Shown: positions 1-11,090 of the stretch, one piece after another
Position numbering within the stretch: position 1 is the first letter of the stretch
Layout: each line of letters starts with the position of its first letter
The notes under the pieces: model-generated
Databases searched by the model: none
Told to the model about the DNA's origin: nothing
The model's input: only the letters and a program-made list of their open reading frames with translations
Virus record (IMG/VR): IMGVR_UViG_3300009678_001574
Source of the DNA: a virus
Length of the DNA stretch: 64,000 bases
Strand: one strand, 5' to 3'
Made by a program: the position numbers and the translations under genes

Positions 1-156
1 TTAAAGGCAGCGCACTAGCAGCTCACATTACTTTGGTTAAGGGCGAGCGTAGTGAATTAGCAACTCTTGCTGCTGAGATATTATAATTTATATCTGCTGA
101 TGCGGAAATAGTGTATGTAGTCATATGACGATACAATTTAGTTTTGGAGAATTTTT

Positions 157-792
157 GTGGTAGCGAATTCAGTTGAAGAAAATAGTTTATCCCAACAAGG
201 CTATAAAGTAATAGCTGGCGTTGATGAAAGTGGAATGGGTTCTTTTGCTGGAGACGTGTATGTAGGAGTTGTAGTCTTCCCGTTAGGGATTGATTATAAA
301 ACCTTAATGCCTGGCCTAAATGATTCAAAACAAAAATCGGTAGAACAACGCAAGGTCTTATATTCACAGATTAAAAGCTGTGCTTTAGACTACGCAGTAG
401 CTACCGCATCTGTAGAAGAAATAGACCGTTTAAATATATATTGGGCTAGATTTCTCGCAGCCAGGCGAGCACTAGACATGCTGAAAGTCAAGCCCGATTA
501 TATTATCATAGACGGTAATAAAGTAATTCCAGAAATAACCACCCCTCAACATGCTATAGTAAAGGGAGACGGCAAGAGTATATCAATTGCCGCAGCCTCA
601 ATTTTAGCCAAAGTCGATAGGGATATACATATAGAAGCTCTAGCTGAATTAGTACATGCCGATTATGATTGGAAAAATAACAAGTCATATTATGCGGAGA
701 AGCAAGTAGAGGCTATTAAAAAGCATGGCAAGACTCCCTGGCACCGACAAAAGTATGTAGAAAAATACTTGGCAAAGCAAGATACATGGTGA
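157..792 (+). CDS. rnhB: Ribonuclease HII
   Basis: GVDESGMG, LNDSK, IIDGN and KGD..SISIAAASILAKV.RD motifs of RNase HII. Confidence 0.92.
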   Translation: MVANSVEENSLSQQGYKVIAGVDESGMGSFAGDVYVGVVVFPLGIDYKTLMPGLNDSKQKSVEQRKVLYSQIKSCALDYAVATASVEEIDRLNIYWARFLAARRALDMLKVKPDYIIIDGNKVIPEITTPQHAIVKGDGKSISIAAASILAKVDRDIHIEALAELVHADYDWKNNKSYYAEKQVEAIKKHGKTPWHRQKYVEKYLAKQDTW

Positions 793-795
793 AAC

Positions 796-1098
796 ATGAA
801 GGAATTTTACGATGAATGGACTGACGGTGAGGTTACTGATTATTTACGAACCTTTCCAGTTTTAGTCTTATTTAGAGTACATACTTCAAGTAAAAGTGCT
901 GAACTAATTATATATGGTCGCATGAACGAGGCTCAAAAGTTTGCCCTCAAAACGGCTATAGTATCTATGTTCGGCGGAAATGCTTTATCGAAAGGTTCGT
1001 GCGACAAAATAAACGAGTTCGCCGAAAAGTGGTATAACAGAAATGTTAAAACTATTAAAACGAGAGTAATAAACATTAAGAAGAAGAATATAAAATGA
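796..1098 (+). CDS. Hypothetical protein
   Basis: 100-aa ORF in a tightly packed operon. Confidence 0.6.
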   Translation: MKEFYDEWTDGEVTDYLRTFPVLVLFRVHTSSKSAELIIYGRMNEAQKFALKTAIVSMFGGNALSKGSCDKINEFAEKWYNRNVKTIKTRVINIKKKNIK

Positions 1099-1508
1099 CA
1101 GAAGAGCGTTCTGAAATTAAATTAGTCTCAAAATCTTGGGGCTTCGAAAAAATAATAGTAAATGATAAATACTGTGGTAAAATATTATTCATAGTAAAGG
1201 GTCATTCCACTTCTCTTCATTTCCATCAAATAAAAGATGAAACTTTTTATATTCAAAGTGGTAAGGTTCTAGTGTATTTTAGTGATGACTTGGCTAAAAT
1301 GAAAGAGCTAAGCAAGCCTGATGAAGATGGAATGACCAATCCTGAGATATACCAAAATCTATCAAAAGTTACACTTAATATTGGAGACAGTTTTCGCATT
1401 CCGCCAAAACGAGTCCATAAAATAATCGCGCTAGAAGACACTGAGCTTTTTGAGTTTTCAACGAGGCATGTTGATAGCGATAGCCATAGATTAATAAACG
1501 GGAGTTAA
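1095..1508 (+). CDS. Cupin-domain protein (mannose-6-P isomerase / lyxose isomerase-like)
   Basis: K.WG.E...N.KYCGKIL, SLHFHQIKDETFYI and RIPP..VHKI cupin motifs. Confidence 0.75.
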   Translation: MTEERSEIKLVSKSWGFEKIIVNDKYCGKILFIVKGHSTSLHFHQIKDETFYIQSGKVLVYFSDDLAKMKELSKPDEDGMTNPEIYQNLSKVTLNIGDSFRIPPKRVHKIIALEDTELFEFSTRHVDSDSHRLINGS

Positions 1509-1513
1509 TTAAG

Positions 1514-1837
1514 ATGTCAGAAGAAAATAAAAAAGTCGATATAAAACAATTATCATTAATGGACTTATATGCAATATATAATTTCATTAGATCTACAGAG
1601 AATAGACCTTTTACAATGGGCGCTGGCAAAGAAGCAAAAGCTTTAGTCAGAAACAGAACCGTTGAAATAGAAACTGAACTGATGATGCGCACTTTTGGTT
1701 GTAATCCCTTTACGATGAAGCCTGATAGCAAAGTGGTTGAGGGTGAAATGCCAGAGAAGATTGATCTAACAAAATTCGATGAGAAGCCAGAAGACGTTAA
1801 AAGATTTGTCGTAGAAAAAAATAAAGAGGCAAAATAA
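1514..1837 (+). CDS. Hypothetical protein
   Basis: 107-aa ORF coupled to tmk. Confidence 0.6.
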   Translation: MSEENKKVDIKQLSLMDLYAIYNFIRSTENRPFTMGAGKEAKALVRNRTVEIETELMMRTFGCNPFTMKPDSKVVEGEMPEKIDLTKFDEKPEDVKRFVVEKNKEAK

Positions 1838-2469
1838 TGTTCGTAACTTTTGAGGGAGTAGAAGGTTCTTCAAAGACTACACAAGCGGGCTTACTGTCCA
1901 AGTGGCTAGATTCTCAAAACATAGAACATCTTTTAACCAAAGAGCCTGGTGCGGTGCTCTCTAAAGAATGCCAGCAAATAAGACAATTACTATTAAGTCC
2001 GGAGAATCACCTCTCTTCCAGATCTGAATTGTTATTATACTTGGCTGACCGCGCACAACACGTAGATACTTGTATTAGACCAGCGTTAAACCAAAACAAG
2101 TGGGTAGTAAGTGATCGTTATTCATGGAGCACTTATGTATATCAGGGTTTTGGTCGTGGTCTAATAGAAGAGATGGGTGGATTTTTCCGAGGCATGTTAG
2201 ACTATGCTGCTGGAAATTTGTGGCCTGACCTAACATTCATTATGGATGTGCCAGTCGAAATAGGCTTGAAGAGAGCTAAGAGTTCTAATACAGAATTCGC
2301 AGGCGGCGATAGAATGGAATTAGAGGCAATAGAGTTTCATAAGAAATTAAGAATTGGCTTTTTAGAAGTAGCAAAAAATCGTCCAGATAAATGTATTGTA
2401 TTAGATGCTACCAAATCCATTGAGGAGTTGCACGAAGAGGTAAAGAAAGTTCTTCATAAACACATATGA
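1837..2469 (+). CDS. tmk: Thymidylate kinase
   Basis: FVTFEGVEGSSKTTQ P-loop, TKEPG, LYLADRAQH, SDRY. Confidence 0.95.
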   Translation: MFVTFEGVEGSSKTTQAGLLSKWLDSQNIEHLLTKEPGAVLSKECQQIRQLLLSPENHLSSRSELLLYLADRAQHVDTCIRPALNQNKWVVSDRYSWSTYVYQGFGRGLIEEMGGFFRGMLDYAAGNLWPDLTFIMDVPVEIGLKRAKSSNTEFAGGDRMELEAIEFHKKLRIGFLEVAKNRPDKCIVLDATKSIEELHEEVKKVLHKHI

Positions 2470-2684
2470 GCAAAGAACCGTATCTGATTTCTCCACAACT
2501 ATTAAAGAGTATCCAGATTGGCGATGCAATAGATCGAGAACTATTATTAGACTATACTAAAGGACTTATGCACGGAGCGAAGACGCCCGAGCTAAGAATC
2601 TATTGGACCATTATCAATAAGTGGGCCAACAAACATTTTATTACGAAGCATTTTACGGAAGAAGACGATGAAGCAATACCTTGA
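2466..2684 (+). CDS. Hypothetical protein
   Basis: 72-aa ORF overlapping both neighbours. Confidence 0.55.
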   Translation: MSKEPYLISPQLLKSIQIGDAIDRELLLDYTKGLMHGAKTPELRIYWTIINKWANKHFITKHFTEEDDEAIP

Positions 2685-3486
2685 AACACTTAAATATGTA
2701 TTAGAAAATGGCGATAAAAGAGAAGACCGTACAGGAACTGGAACAATAGGAATGTTTGGTCTTCAGTCACGATACAACCTCGAAAAAGAATTTCCTGCCG
2801 TTACAACTAAACGTTTATTCTTTAAAGGTGTGGTACATGAACTGCTTTGGTTCTTAAAAGGTGATACTAACGTAAAATACTTACAAGACAACGGCGTCCG
2901 TATTTGGGATGAGTGGGCAAATGAAAGTGGCGAACTTGGCCCTGTATATGGTAAGCAATGGAGAAAGTGGGAAGAGTACGGTTATCATCCCGACTACGAC
3001 AAAGAACCCTCTTACATAGATCAGATTGCTGGTGTAATTAAGTCTATAAAAGAAAATCCTAATTCGAGAAGACACATAGTATCAGCATGGAATGTGGGAG
3101 AATTAGAGTACATGAAACTCCCTCCGTGCCATACGATGTTCCAATTCTATGTAGCAAATAATAAATTATCCTGCCAATTGTATCAGCGTTCTGCTGATAT
3201 GTTTTTAGGCGTACCCTTCAACATAGCATCCTATGCCTTATTAACCCATATGATTGCTCAAGTATGTGGATTGGGAGTAGGCGACTTTATACATACGATA
3301 GGTGATGGTCATATATATCTAAACCATTTGGATCAGGTAAAGCAACAATTATCACGTGAGCCTTTACCAGCACCTAAACTTTGGTTGAATCCAGAAATAA
3401 AAGATATTGATTCGTTTAAATATGAGGACATAAAATTGGTGGGCTACGAAAGCCATTCTTCTATCGCAGCACCAATAGCAGTATAA
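2668..3486 (+). CDS. thyA: Thymidylate synthase
   Basis: [49 protein letters not shown]. Confidence 0.97.
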   Translation: MKQYLETLKYVLENGDKREDRTGTGTIGMFGLQSRYNLEKEFPAVTTKRLFFKGVVHELLWFLKGDTNVKYLQDNGVRIWDEWANESGELGPVYGKQWRKWEEYGYHPDYDKEPSYIDQIAGVIKSIKENPNSRRHIVSAWNVGELEYMKLPPCHTMFQFYVANNKLSCQLYQRSADMFLGVPFNIASYALLTHMIAQVCGLGVGDFIHTIGDGHIYLNHLDQVKQQLSREPLPAPKLWLNPEIKDIDSFKYEDIKLVGYESHSSIAAPIAV

Positions 3487-3487
3487 A

Positions 3488-3847
3488 ATGGAAGTAGTTG
3501 ATTTACAAGAAAAGATTACTGGACTAAAAGGTTATATATCAGGCCTAAAACAAATAATCAATGCGGCTGAAAAAACAATTACAACGGCAGAAATACAAAT
3601 TATGAGAATTTGTAAGCATGAAGTCGGAATGCAATATGTGGTAGGATACGAAAGTCCTATGGATCCAGAAGATGGTGCAGAGCAATTTCATTGTGAATAC
3701 TGTGGAGTTTGTAATGTGTTATTTGTTATAGAGCCATTTGGTTATTATGGCAAACCAAGACAAACAGAATATAAGACAGTGGGATTGAACGGCGGTTTGT
3801 TAGCGCCGTATTTTATTGATCGCAAAACGATGTGGAAAGGTAAATGA
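3488..3847 (+). CDS. Hypothetical protein (coiled coil plus CxxC)
   Basis: ORF between thyA and folA. Confidence 0.55.
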   Translation: MEVVDLQEKITGLKGYISGLKQIINAAEKTITTAEIQIMRICKHEVGMQYVVGYESPMDPEDGAEQFHCEYCGVCNVLFVIEPFGYYGKPRQTEYKTVGLNGGLLAPYFIDRKTMWKGK

Positions 3848-4332
3848 TATCAATGATAGCGGCGATGACTGATAATAGAGTCATCGGCAAGGATAATGAA
3901 TTACCCTGGCATGTACCCGAAGATCTAAAATGGTTTAAAGAACAAACGGCGGGCAAACCAGTATTAATGGGACGCCGAACGCACGAATCTATTGGCCGAG
4001 TGTTAAAGGGTAGAGACAACCTAGTTATTACAAATAACAAAAGCTATAAGCCGTTACACGAATCGGTTAAGGTGTATAATAAGTTAGATGATGCTATAAA
4101 ATTATACCAAGGCGAAAAAGAGCTCGTAGTAATAGGTGGGCAGCAGATATATGAGCAATGTCTCAAATATTCATCAAGAATATACCTCACAATATTTCAC
4201 ACTGATATAGAAGGCGACGCATTTTTCCCAGAAATAGATAATAAACAGTGGAAGTCGAACATGATTAAAGCTGTAACTGACAGCCCCATTGTTAATTTTA
4301 ATTACGAATTTTATATATTAGAAAGGGTTTGA
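3844..4332 (+). CDS. folA: Dihydrofolate reductase
   Basis: NRVIGKDNELPWHVPEDLKWFK, MGRRT.ESIGR.L..R, VIGG.QIY, GDAFFP. Confidence 0.96.
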   Translation: MISMIAAMTDNRVIGKDNELPWHVPEDLKWFKEQTAGKPVLMGRRTHESIGRVLKGRDNLVITNNKSYKPLHESVKVYNKLDDAIKLYQGEKELVVIGGQQIYEQCLKYSSRIYLTIFHTDIEGDAFFPEIDNKQWKSNMIKAVTDSPIVNFNYEFYILERV

Positions 4333-4832
4333 CAATGTTGAGTATTCTTGCTATATTACTAATGATAGGACTTTCTTTTTACGCGTGGTGTTATATCCAC
4401 GAAATGTCTCATATTCTGATGGCTAAAAAGCGAGTAGGGCTTGAGTGGTTTAAGTTAAAGCTTTATCCACATATGAACGAAGGATCATTACGATGGGCTG
4501 CGTGTGAATATCTACCTAAAAAGCAGCCTACGCCAGAAGATGTAGCACTTATTTCATTAGCGCCCAGAATACCAGATTTGCTTGCATGTTGGCTATTCAT
4601 ACTTACGCCGTTATTTTCGGGGTGGTTCGCAGTTGCGTGGTTTATATTCTTTGGCGCAGGAATTATAGACTTGATTAATGGATCTATTGGATTTTCGCCT
4701 AATTCTGATTTGCAGAAGGCGGTAGCAACTGGTACTACAAAAACAGACGCAAAGGGATTAAGAATATTGGGACTTGCCTTCGTTGTCGTATCTATTGGAT
4801 TAACTGTATTATCGTATTTTGTGAGGTTGTAA
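4329..4832 (+). CDS. Membrane zinc metallopeptidase, M50-like
   Basis: Transmembrane segments with HEMSH (HExxH) and ISLAP motif. Confidence 0.55.
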   Translation: MTMLSILAILLMIGLSFYAWCYIHEMSHILMAKKRVGLEWFKLKLYPHMNEGSLRWAACEYLPKKQPTPEDVALISLAPRIPDLLACWLFILTPLFSGWFAVAWFIFFGAGIIDLINGSIGFSPNSDLQKAVATGTTKTDAKGLRILGLAFVVVSIGLTVLSYFVRL

Positions 4833-5579
4833 ATGGGCTTATTTGATTTTTTCTCTAATTTAGTTAAGAAGCAAACGGCTACTGTTCCATATAAGCAGCA
4901 ACAGCCCATTGTAGTCATAGTGCCATCCACTACAGTAACTCAGCCAGTCGTTGCTGCGCCTTTATTAGATTTGGGTGCAGTAACTTATAAAGAATCTCCA
5001 AATAAATCTGATCGCAGAGATGAAGTTCGGGGTATAGTATTACATCACACAGGGCCCGGATCCTTCAACGGTATAGTAAATTGGTTGATAGATCCCGCCG
5101 CCAAAGCATCAGCGCATTACGTGTTGGGTGTTAAAGGTGAATTAACGCAATTGGTTAATACCAGTCGAAATGCATGGCACGCTGGTAAAAGTAAGGCCAC
5201 GTTAGACGGTGCTGTGAGAGACGACCTAAATCACTGCACTATAGGCATTGAAATATGTAATGCTGGTGTATTACAAAAGGGCGAAGACGGCAAGTTTTAT
5301 TACGAAGCTGGCCGCGAAATGAAAGAGTGGAAAGGCGAGACGCCCGTAGAAGGATCGATAACATACCCAAGCGGACATACTGTTTCGGGTTATTATGTTC
5401 CGTATCCCAAAGTACAAGTCGACAAATTGGTGGAGTTATGTAAAGCTCTTGTTGCTAAATATCCACAGATAGGCAAAGAAGACATGCTAACTCACTACGC
5501 AATCGCTACTCCAGAAGGACGAAAGAATGATCCCTTTGGATTAGATATCCCGGCCGTCATTAAGGCGGTATTCGGATAA
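4833..5579 (+). CDS. N-acetylmuramoyl-L-alanine amidase (Amidase_2), probable endolysin
   Basis: IVLHHT, ASAHYV, AWHAGKS, N..TIGIEI, THYAIA...RKNDP. Confidence 0.9.
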   Translation: MGLFDFFSNLVKKQTATVPYKQQQPIVVIVPSTTVTQPVVAAPLLDLGAVTYKESPNKSDRRDEVRGIVLHHTGPGSFNGIVNWLIDPAAKASAHYVLGVKGELTQLVNTSRNAWHAGKSKATLDGAVRDDLNHCTIGIEICNAGVLQKGEDGKFYYEAGREMKEWKGETPVEGSITYPSGHTVSGYYVPYPKVQVDKLVELCKALVAKYPQIGKEDMLTHYAIATPEGRKNDPFGLDIPAVIKAVFG

Positions 5580-5619
5580 GGAGAGAGGAGAAATGTTTAA
5601 TTAGGTTAAGGGAGTTCGT

Positions 5620-6132
5620 ATGCAAAATGCATTGTTATTAGATAGAAATTATATGGCAATATCAGTAGTACCGTGGCAGAGAGCAATCAAGCTTACGGTA
5701 AAAGGTAAGGCAGAAGTAGTAAGTGAGGGTCAGTCTGAAGTTACCAGCGGTTCCGGTAAGCGTTTCAGAATACCTTCTATTATAAGACTATTGACTGTTG
5801 TGCCTTTTAGAGCATATAATGGACGACTCAGATTTAATCGTAAGAATGTACTGATTAGAGATGGATTTGAGTGTCAATATTGTAGTAAGCACTTAGGAAA
5901 GCTATCAGGGACAATTGATCATATCATTCCCCGATCGCGCGGTGGAGCAAGCGATTATTTAAATTGTATTGCGTGCTGCAAAGAGTGTAATAACATAAAG
6001 GGTGATAGAACTCCAGAAGAGGCAAAGTTTAAGCTCAAGAAGGCGCCTAAAAAGCCATCCTTCTTAACTTTATACAAGCACTATATGAAGAATTCACCCC
6101 AAGAATGGTCAGATTATATCATAGGATTATAA
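5620..6132 (+). CDS. HNH endonuclease
   Basis: NVLIRDGFECQYC, TIDHIIPRSRGG, NCIACCKECNNIKG. Confidence 0.9.
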   Translation: MQNALLLDRNYMAISVVPWQRAIKLTVKGKAEVVSEGQSEVTSGSGKRFRIPSIIRLLTVVPFRAYNGRLRFNRKNVLIRDGFECQYCSKHLGKLSGTIDHIIPRSRGGASDYLNCIACCKECNNIKGDRTPEEAKFKLKKAPKKPSFLTLYKHYMKNSPQEWSDYIIGL

Positions 6133-6136
6133 CATA

Positions 6137-6334
6137 ATGAAAATAACTTTTGAAGATGGCAGTTTTATTATGTTTGACATAACTAATAATTTTGATCAAC
6201 TAAACCTAATTATGTGTGGGCTTCAGGGCAGCAACAAGCTCACGATGTCATCTTCGAAACTCAACAGGGAACAGGTAGAGCAGGTAGTCAAGTTCTTGGA
6301 AAGCTGGCTTCAGCAACCATCAACTAATACTTAA
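6137..6334 (+). CDS. Hypothetical protein
   Basis: 65-aa ORF. Confidence 0.5.
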   Translation: MKITFEDGSFIMFDITNNFDQLNLIMCGLQGSNKLTMSSSKLNREQVEQVVKFLESWLQQPSTNT

Positions 6335-6420
6335 TTTTCTGTCCCCCTGCGGTGTATAATAAAAATGTACCAGGATAAGCTGGCACAGTAGTAGACAATT
6401 TTTATAAGGAGAAAGAAAAA

Positions 6421-6621
6421 ATGTCAACATCAAGAAACACCCGTCGACAGGGTTCAATTTGGTCGCGTGAAGAAGTTCGTACACTACGTAAGGTATTTGG
6501 CAACAGCCCAAATGTCAAAGTAGCAACCCTTCTACAACGTTCAGCAAAAGCGGTAGAACGCAAGGCTTCAAAGTTGGGCCTTCAGAAGACTCAAAAGTAT
6601 TTACGTACTTTAGGTCGGTAA
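6421..6621 (+). CDS. Small basic Myb/SANT-like HTH protein
   Basis: WSREEVRTLRK...VA.LL.RS..AVERKASKLGL; AAGGAG RBS. Confidence 0.6.
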   Translation: MSTSRNTRRQGSIWSREEVRTLRKVFGNSPNVKVATLLQRSAKAVERKASKLGLQKTQKYLRTLGR

Positions 6622-6632
6622 AACCACTAAAT

Positions 6633-6666
6633 AAAGGCCGCCCCATTCAGGGCGGCCTTTTACTTT
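6633..6666 (+). terminator. Intrinsic terminator
   Basis: aaaggccgccc-cattca-gggcggccttt hairpin with T tail. Confidence 0.8.
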
Positions 6667-6697
6667 CGCACTTAACAATTAAGACAAGAGAACACAC

Positions 6698-7762
6698 ATG
6701 AGTAAGTTAGAAAATGCACCATATGCCTTTACCTACGATGATTTCTTTTTAGCACCGGTGCATTCAAGTGTTAGATCACGTAAAGACCCCGACGTTTCCG
6801 TCGCACTTCCCGGATTACAATTAGACATACCGATACTTTCTTCCCCAATGAATACTATTACGGAAGAAGAGATGACACGGTGTATGCGCCAACAAGGCGC
6901 TGGGGCTGTGTTGCACCGTTACTTGTCCATCGAAGACCAGGTAGCTAAGTGTCGCAACCTACAGGACGTGTTAGCGGCTGAAGGTTCCAAGGCTGCGTTT
7001 TTCGTAGCGATAGGCGCTACGGGCGACTTCTTAGAACGAGCCCAAGAGCTTACAAAGGTGGGCGTTAATAACTTCTGTATAGACGTGGCAAATGGACACA
7101 ACCAGAACTGCATCGATGCCACCACGGTTATCCGGTCCAAGTTGCCCAGGTCTAAGATTATGGCTGGCAACGTTTGTACGTACGACGGCGCTGTGCGGTT
7201 AGCTAGCGCCGGGGCCACGAGTATACGCGTAGGCATCGGTCCCGGAAGCATGTGCACCACACGTATAGTCACGGGCCATGGCATTCCTCAACTTACGGCT
7301 CTAGAGGACTGTGCTAAGATACGGAACATGGGTTTCGAAAACGTCGCGCTGATAGCAGACGGTGGCATACGAAATTCAGGCGACCTGGTAAAGTCCCTTG
7401 CTATAGGTGCCGATGCTGTGATTTTAGGAAGTCTGCTTGCTGGGACTAAAGAAACGCCCGGTGAATTTATAGAAGAAGGTGGCCGCTTGTATAAGTATTA
7501 TGCAGGTATGGCCTCCGAACATGGTCGAGCCTCTTGGTTTGACCGTGGCAAGACAAGCTTCATTCCGGAAGGTGTATCGACCAAAGTTCCGTTTGAAGGC
7601 AAAGCGGCTTATAAAGTGGTAGAAAACTTAATAGGCGGATTAAGAAGCGGGATGTCTTACGCTAATGCAACCAGTATCCAAGAATTAAGAAATAACGCAA
7701 AGTGGATGCGCGTGACAGCCGCAGGTTACCAAGAAGGTACCCCGCACGGAAAAAGGGGCTGA
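6698..7762 (+). CDS. guaB: IMP dehydrogenase / GMP reductase family enzyme (no CBS domains)
   Basis: [26 protein letters not shown] catalytic Cys loop, IADGGIR.SGD..K.LA.GAD, GMAS; IMPDH vs GMPR not resolved. Confidence 0.85.
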   Translation: MSKLENAPYAFTYDDFFLAPVHSSVRSRKDPDVSVALPGLQLDIPILSSPMNTITEEEMTRCMRQQGAGAVLHRYLSIEDQVAKCRNLQDVLAAEGSKAAFFVAIGATGDFLERAQELTKVGVNNFCIDVANGHNQNCIDATTVIRSKLPRSKIMAGNVCTYDGAVRLASAGATSIRVGIGPGSMCTTRIVTGHGIPQLTALEDCAKIRNMGFENVALIADGGIRNSGDLVKSLAIGADAVILGSLLAGTKETPGEFIEEGGRLYKYYAGMASEHGRASWFDRGKTSFIPEGVSTKVPFEGKAAYKVVENLIGGLRSGMSYANATSIQELRNNAKWMRVTAAGYQEGTPHGKRG

Positions 7763-7765
7763 AAA

Positions 7766-8218
7766 ATGAGTTTGTTATACATAGGCGTTAGAGTTGAAAT
7801 TTCAAATAGAAGTTCAAAAATTAAAGGAATAAAAGAAAGTTACTTTAAGAATTATAACACCGAAAATATTTTTGATTACCACGAAAATGGCAAAATAACT
7901 GTAGAACGAACTCAAGAGATGCTCATAGTTCGTGGCAAGACTGAAGACAAATTTACGACTGGGTTAATAAACTTTTCGGTTATGAATCCTTTGAGCGACG
8001 ACCCAAAAGAAATTAGCCGGTTAGTTAAGATAGTGAACGTACTAGGCAACGACCGGCTAATAAAAGAGCGCGTTAAGACTTTCGTAGAAGGTAAATCAAT
8101 GATAAACAATTTAGCAGAGTTCAAAGGGCTGGTTAAAGTGTTTATGAATATTAACGAAATATCGCCCGGCTTCATAGAGAGTGCTTGGTACTACGCGCCC
8201 GAAGCTAAACTAAAATAA
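7766..8218 (+). CDS. Hypothetical protein
   Basis: 150-aa ORF. Confidence 0.55.
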   Translation: MSLLYIGVRVEISNRSSKIKGIKESYFKNYNTENIFDYHENGKITVERTQEMLIVRGKTEDKFTTGLINFSVMNPLSDDPKEISRLVKIVNVLGNDRLIKERVKTFVEGKSMINNLAEFKGLVKVFMNINEISPGFIESAWYYAPEAKLK

Positions 8219-8389
8219 GTGGATACGGAATTGAAACGTTTGTATCGATTAGCTCTAGCCGGCGTTTGGAAAGTAACCGTGACTGACCTAGGCGAATATT
8301 ACAGCGTACACTTCTTGTACGGCGACGAAGAAACCAAGTATTACAAACGCAGCAGAGACTATCCAAAGCCAGTGATTATTAAATGTTAA
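8219..8389 (+). CDS. Small protein of the hxxhYxxxL family (not in ORF track)
   Basis: Hand translation MDTELKRLYRLALAGVWKV... (56 aa, GTG start abutting upstream stop). Confidence 0.55.
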   Translation: MDTELKRLYRLALAGVWKVTVTDLGEYYSVHFLYGDEETKYYKRSRDYPKPVIIKC

Positions 8390-8649
8390 CCGATGATAAC
8401 GTAGATAGCGTAAAACGTTTGTACCAAGAGTTTTTAGTTAAAAAGTGGTCATGGAATCGAATAGACATAGACGATAGCCTCAATAGTATATGGATACAAA
8501 CTTGGCTTAAACAAGGTGGGCACACAGCAATAGGACAGCCTATAGTGCTGTGGAAAATTAATAACTACCCAAAGGGTTATGATCATGAGCTGGATAGTTT
8601 ATATGGTAAGATTAAAAAATGGTTCCTTGTACACTGGGATAACAAATAA
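8383..8649 (+). CDS. Small protein, probable hxxhYxxxL family member
   Basis: DSVKRLYQEFLVKKW. Confidence 0.5.
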   Translation: MLTDDNVDSVKRLYQEFLVKKWSWNRIDIDDSLNSIWIQTWLKQGGHTAIGQPIVLWKINNYPKGYDHELDSLYGKIKKWFLVHWDNK

Positions 8650-8872
8650 TTTAGAACGCCGCCTCAAGACCCACGCAGACGGTAAAGGTTCCAAGTACGT
8701 TCGCTCGCATTTACCATTCGAATTGGTGTATAAAGAAATAGTAGCTGATCAAAGTGCAGCTCTAATTCGTGAAGCCGAAATAAAAAGTAAAAATGTTAAG
8801 TATAAACAAGGGCTAATTAACAGCCCTCTTAATACAATGAAGGAGAAAGACAATGAAGAAATTTCCAATTGA
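8585..8872 (+). CDS. GIY-YIG nuclease (UPF0213/YhbQ-like)
   Basis: WIVYMVRLKNGSLYTGITNNLERRLKTH..GKGSKY. Confidence 0.9.
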   Translation: MSWIVYMVRLKNGSLYTGITNNLERRLKTHADGKGSKYVRSHLPFELVYKEIVADQSAALIREAEIKSKNVKYKQGLINSPLNTMKEKDNEEISN

Positions 8873-9152
8873 ACCGCTATTCGATCGCGTGTTCGTAAAG
8901 AAAGATAATGCCGAGAAAACCGAATCAGGTTTTCACTTGCCACAAACTGTTAAAGGCCGCGCCGTTACAGGCACGGTAGTAGCAGCAGGTCAAGGTCGTC
9001 TAAATACTGAAACGGGTAAGATTTTACCGCTGATGCTGAAGGCCGGAGATCGCGTATATGTAAAGGAATTTAGCGGCTATACTATTAGATACAACGACGA
9101 AGAAGTATTTGTATTCGCAGAGAATGAAATTATAGGAAAGCTGGTTGAGTAA
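8853..9152 (+). CDS. groES: Co-chaperonin GroES
   Basis: PLFDRVFV, TESGFHLP, GTVVAAGQG, LKAGDRV, E.EIIG. Confidence 0.92.
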   Translation: MKKFPIEPLFDRVFVKKDNAEKTESGFHLPQTVKGRAVTGTVVAAGQGRLNTETGKILPLMLKAGDRVYVKEFSGYTIRYNDEEVFVFAENEIIGKLVE

Positions 9153-9620
9153 ATGATTAGGTTAACCGTCGAGTTAGTACCAGAAACGTGCTGGTATTCT
9201 AACGTCCGCAGCAATGTCTCAAAAGAAGATTGGGATAAACTTCGTAAGGCTGTGTATGTCAAGGCGGGATATGTGTGCGAAATATGTGGTGGTAAAGGCT
9301 CTAAGTGGCCTGTAGAATGCCATGAAGTTTGGCACTACAACGACGACGAGCATATTCAAACTTTAGAAAGAATGATAGCTTTGTGTCCAAGTTGCCACGA
9401 AGTTAAACACATAGGCTTTGCTAACGTTCGCGGTCGCTATGGCCGCGCGTTAAATCATTTAGCTTACGTAAACGGTTGGACTCCAGAGCAAGCCGAAGAA
9501 TACATAGCAACGCAATTTATATTGTGGAAAGAACGCTCTAAGCATACTTGGCAATTAAACATAGAATGCTTGGGTGACTACACAGGTATGAAGGACGGTA
9601 AGAATGAAGACGATAAATAA
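9153..9620 (+). CDS. HNH endonuclease
   Basis: ELVP..CW..NVR, CEICGG, VECHEVW, LCPSCHEVKH. Confidence 0.8.
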   Translation: MIRLTVELVPETCWYSNVRSNVSKEDWDKLRKAVYVKAGYVCEICGGKGSKWPVECHEVWHYNDDEHIQTLERMIALCPSCHEVKHIGFANVRGRYGRALNHLAYVNGWTPEQAEEYIATQFILWKERSKHTWQLNIECLGDYTGMKDGKNEDDK

Positions 9621-10798
9621 GAGCAAAAGTAAGGGCAAAAAGAAAAAGGCAAAGATAGATGCGGCCTACTTAGAGAAAGAGGCTAAGAAGTTATTTGATG
9701 AGCAATTCGATGAAGATACTGTACCCGTAGATATAGGCGATATAGTAATTTTTCTAGGTGAACTTACTGCTTACTTAAAAAGCAAGGAAGACGACGATGA
9801 GTGATATGTACGCAAAACTTAAAGAGCAAGCGCGAGAAAGCCAGAAGCGTTGGGATAAAATCGAAAGTATCATTAGCCATATGAAACAACGCAACAAAGA
9901 TGGCGAAGACCTATGGGAAGATGAAATCATAGAGTGTCTAGAGCTATTAATGTTAAACCTTCGTCCTGCTTCGAACGTAGAAGCTGAATTATCCAATCTT
10001 GAAAACAGTTTGTTTAATTTAGAGAAAACTTTTGGTAAGGTTAAGTAATGAGCAAATTTGGCATAACCAATTTGTTCCCCAATTTTAACTCTCGTGATTT
10101 ATCAAAAAAAGAATTGGAACAAATAATTAAGGAAGCTGTCGCGCGAGAACATCCTATGCGTTCTGTTAAGGAAGTCATATATAACAAGGATGGCGTAGAA
10201 GTTACTTTGGATAGCGGAGAAGTAATAGAAGTAGAAATAGATTGGCAAGAATTTGTGTTGAGGTAGCTATGACTGATTTTGGCAAAATAATGCGTCGCGG
10301 CAAACGAAGATTCAACATCAAGCAAAATGCCCCCATATCAAAGTGGGATCGTTGTGAGGCTTGCGATGTAAGAATCGAAGTATTTCCTTACAACGATGAG
10401 AAAGGTGAAGTGTGGTTGTTATGCGCAGAATGCACAAATTTGTTTGTGAAAGATGAGGAGAAATGAGAACAATTAATTCAAATCAAAATGAACTGTTTTC
10501 CGATACAAACGACAGCTCTATGACCGTTGCAATAGTAATGGATACAGACCGACAGCCTTGTTGGTATGTACAAGTAGAGAGGGCCGAGGAACAAAAAGAT
10601 TATTCGTGGAGAGTGGGAGTGAAAGGCAGCACTCATACTGAAGAACACGAGTTTAAATTTTCCGAAATTGGTAAGTCTAATGATGCGGAGACATGGAATT
10701 TAGTAAGCAGTCCAAATTTTCCCTTTAAGCTATTAGAGAAGTTTAAGGTCGGAGGGAAAAAAGCAGTTAAGGACTGGTTCAAAAATGGGTGTCCCTAG
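9604..10798 (+). CDS. Run of five small hypothetical ORFs (9604-9804, 9797-10048, 10048-10266, 10269-10466, 10463-10798)
   Basis: Overlapping start/stop junctions; no recognisable family. Confidence 0.5.
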
Positions 10799-11081
10799 GA
10801 TAGCATTAACACTATCTAGTATAATATTAAAGGCAATAGATATAATAACTACCTATTTGTTTGTTGACAAGATGGGTAGCATGGCTGAAGCAAATCCTAT
10901 AGTTCGAGAATCAATTAACTATTTTGGATTAACACCAGCGCTAGGTTTAAATTTCGCTTATTCGGTATTAGTTATAATACTGGCACACAGGCTAAAATTA
11001 AAAAGAGCACAGTGGGGAGTGGCAATTATCTTGCTGCTCGTATGTATAAATAATATCACGCAGATGATATTATTCTATTAG
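10785..11081 (+). CDS. Membrane protein, DUF5658-like
   Basis: DIITTY.....G..EANP motif between hydrophobic helices. Confidence 0.5.
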   Translation: MGVPRIALTLSSIILKAIDIITTYLFVDKMGSMAEANPIVRESINYFGLTPALGLNFAYSVLVIILAHRLKLKRAQWGVAIILLLVCINNITQMILFY

Positions 11082-11090
11082 GAGTAGATT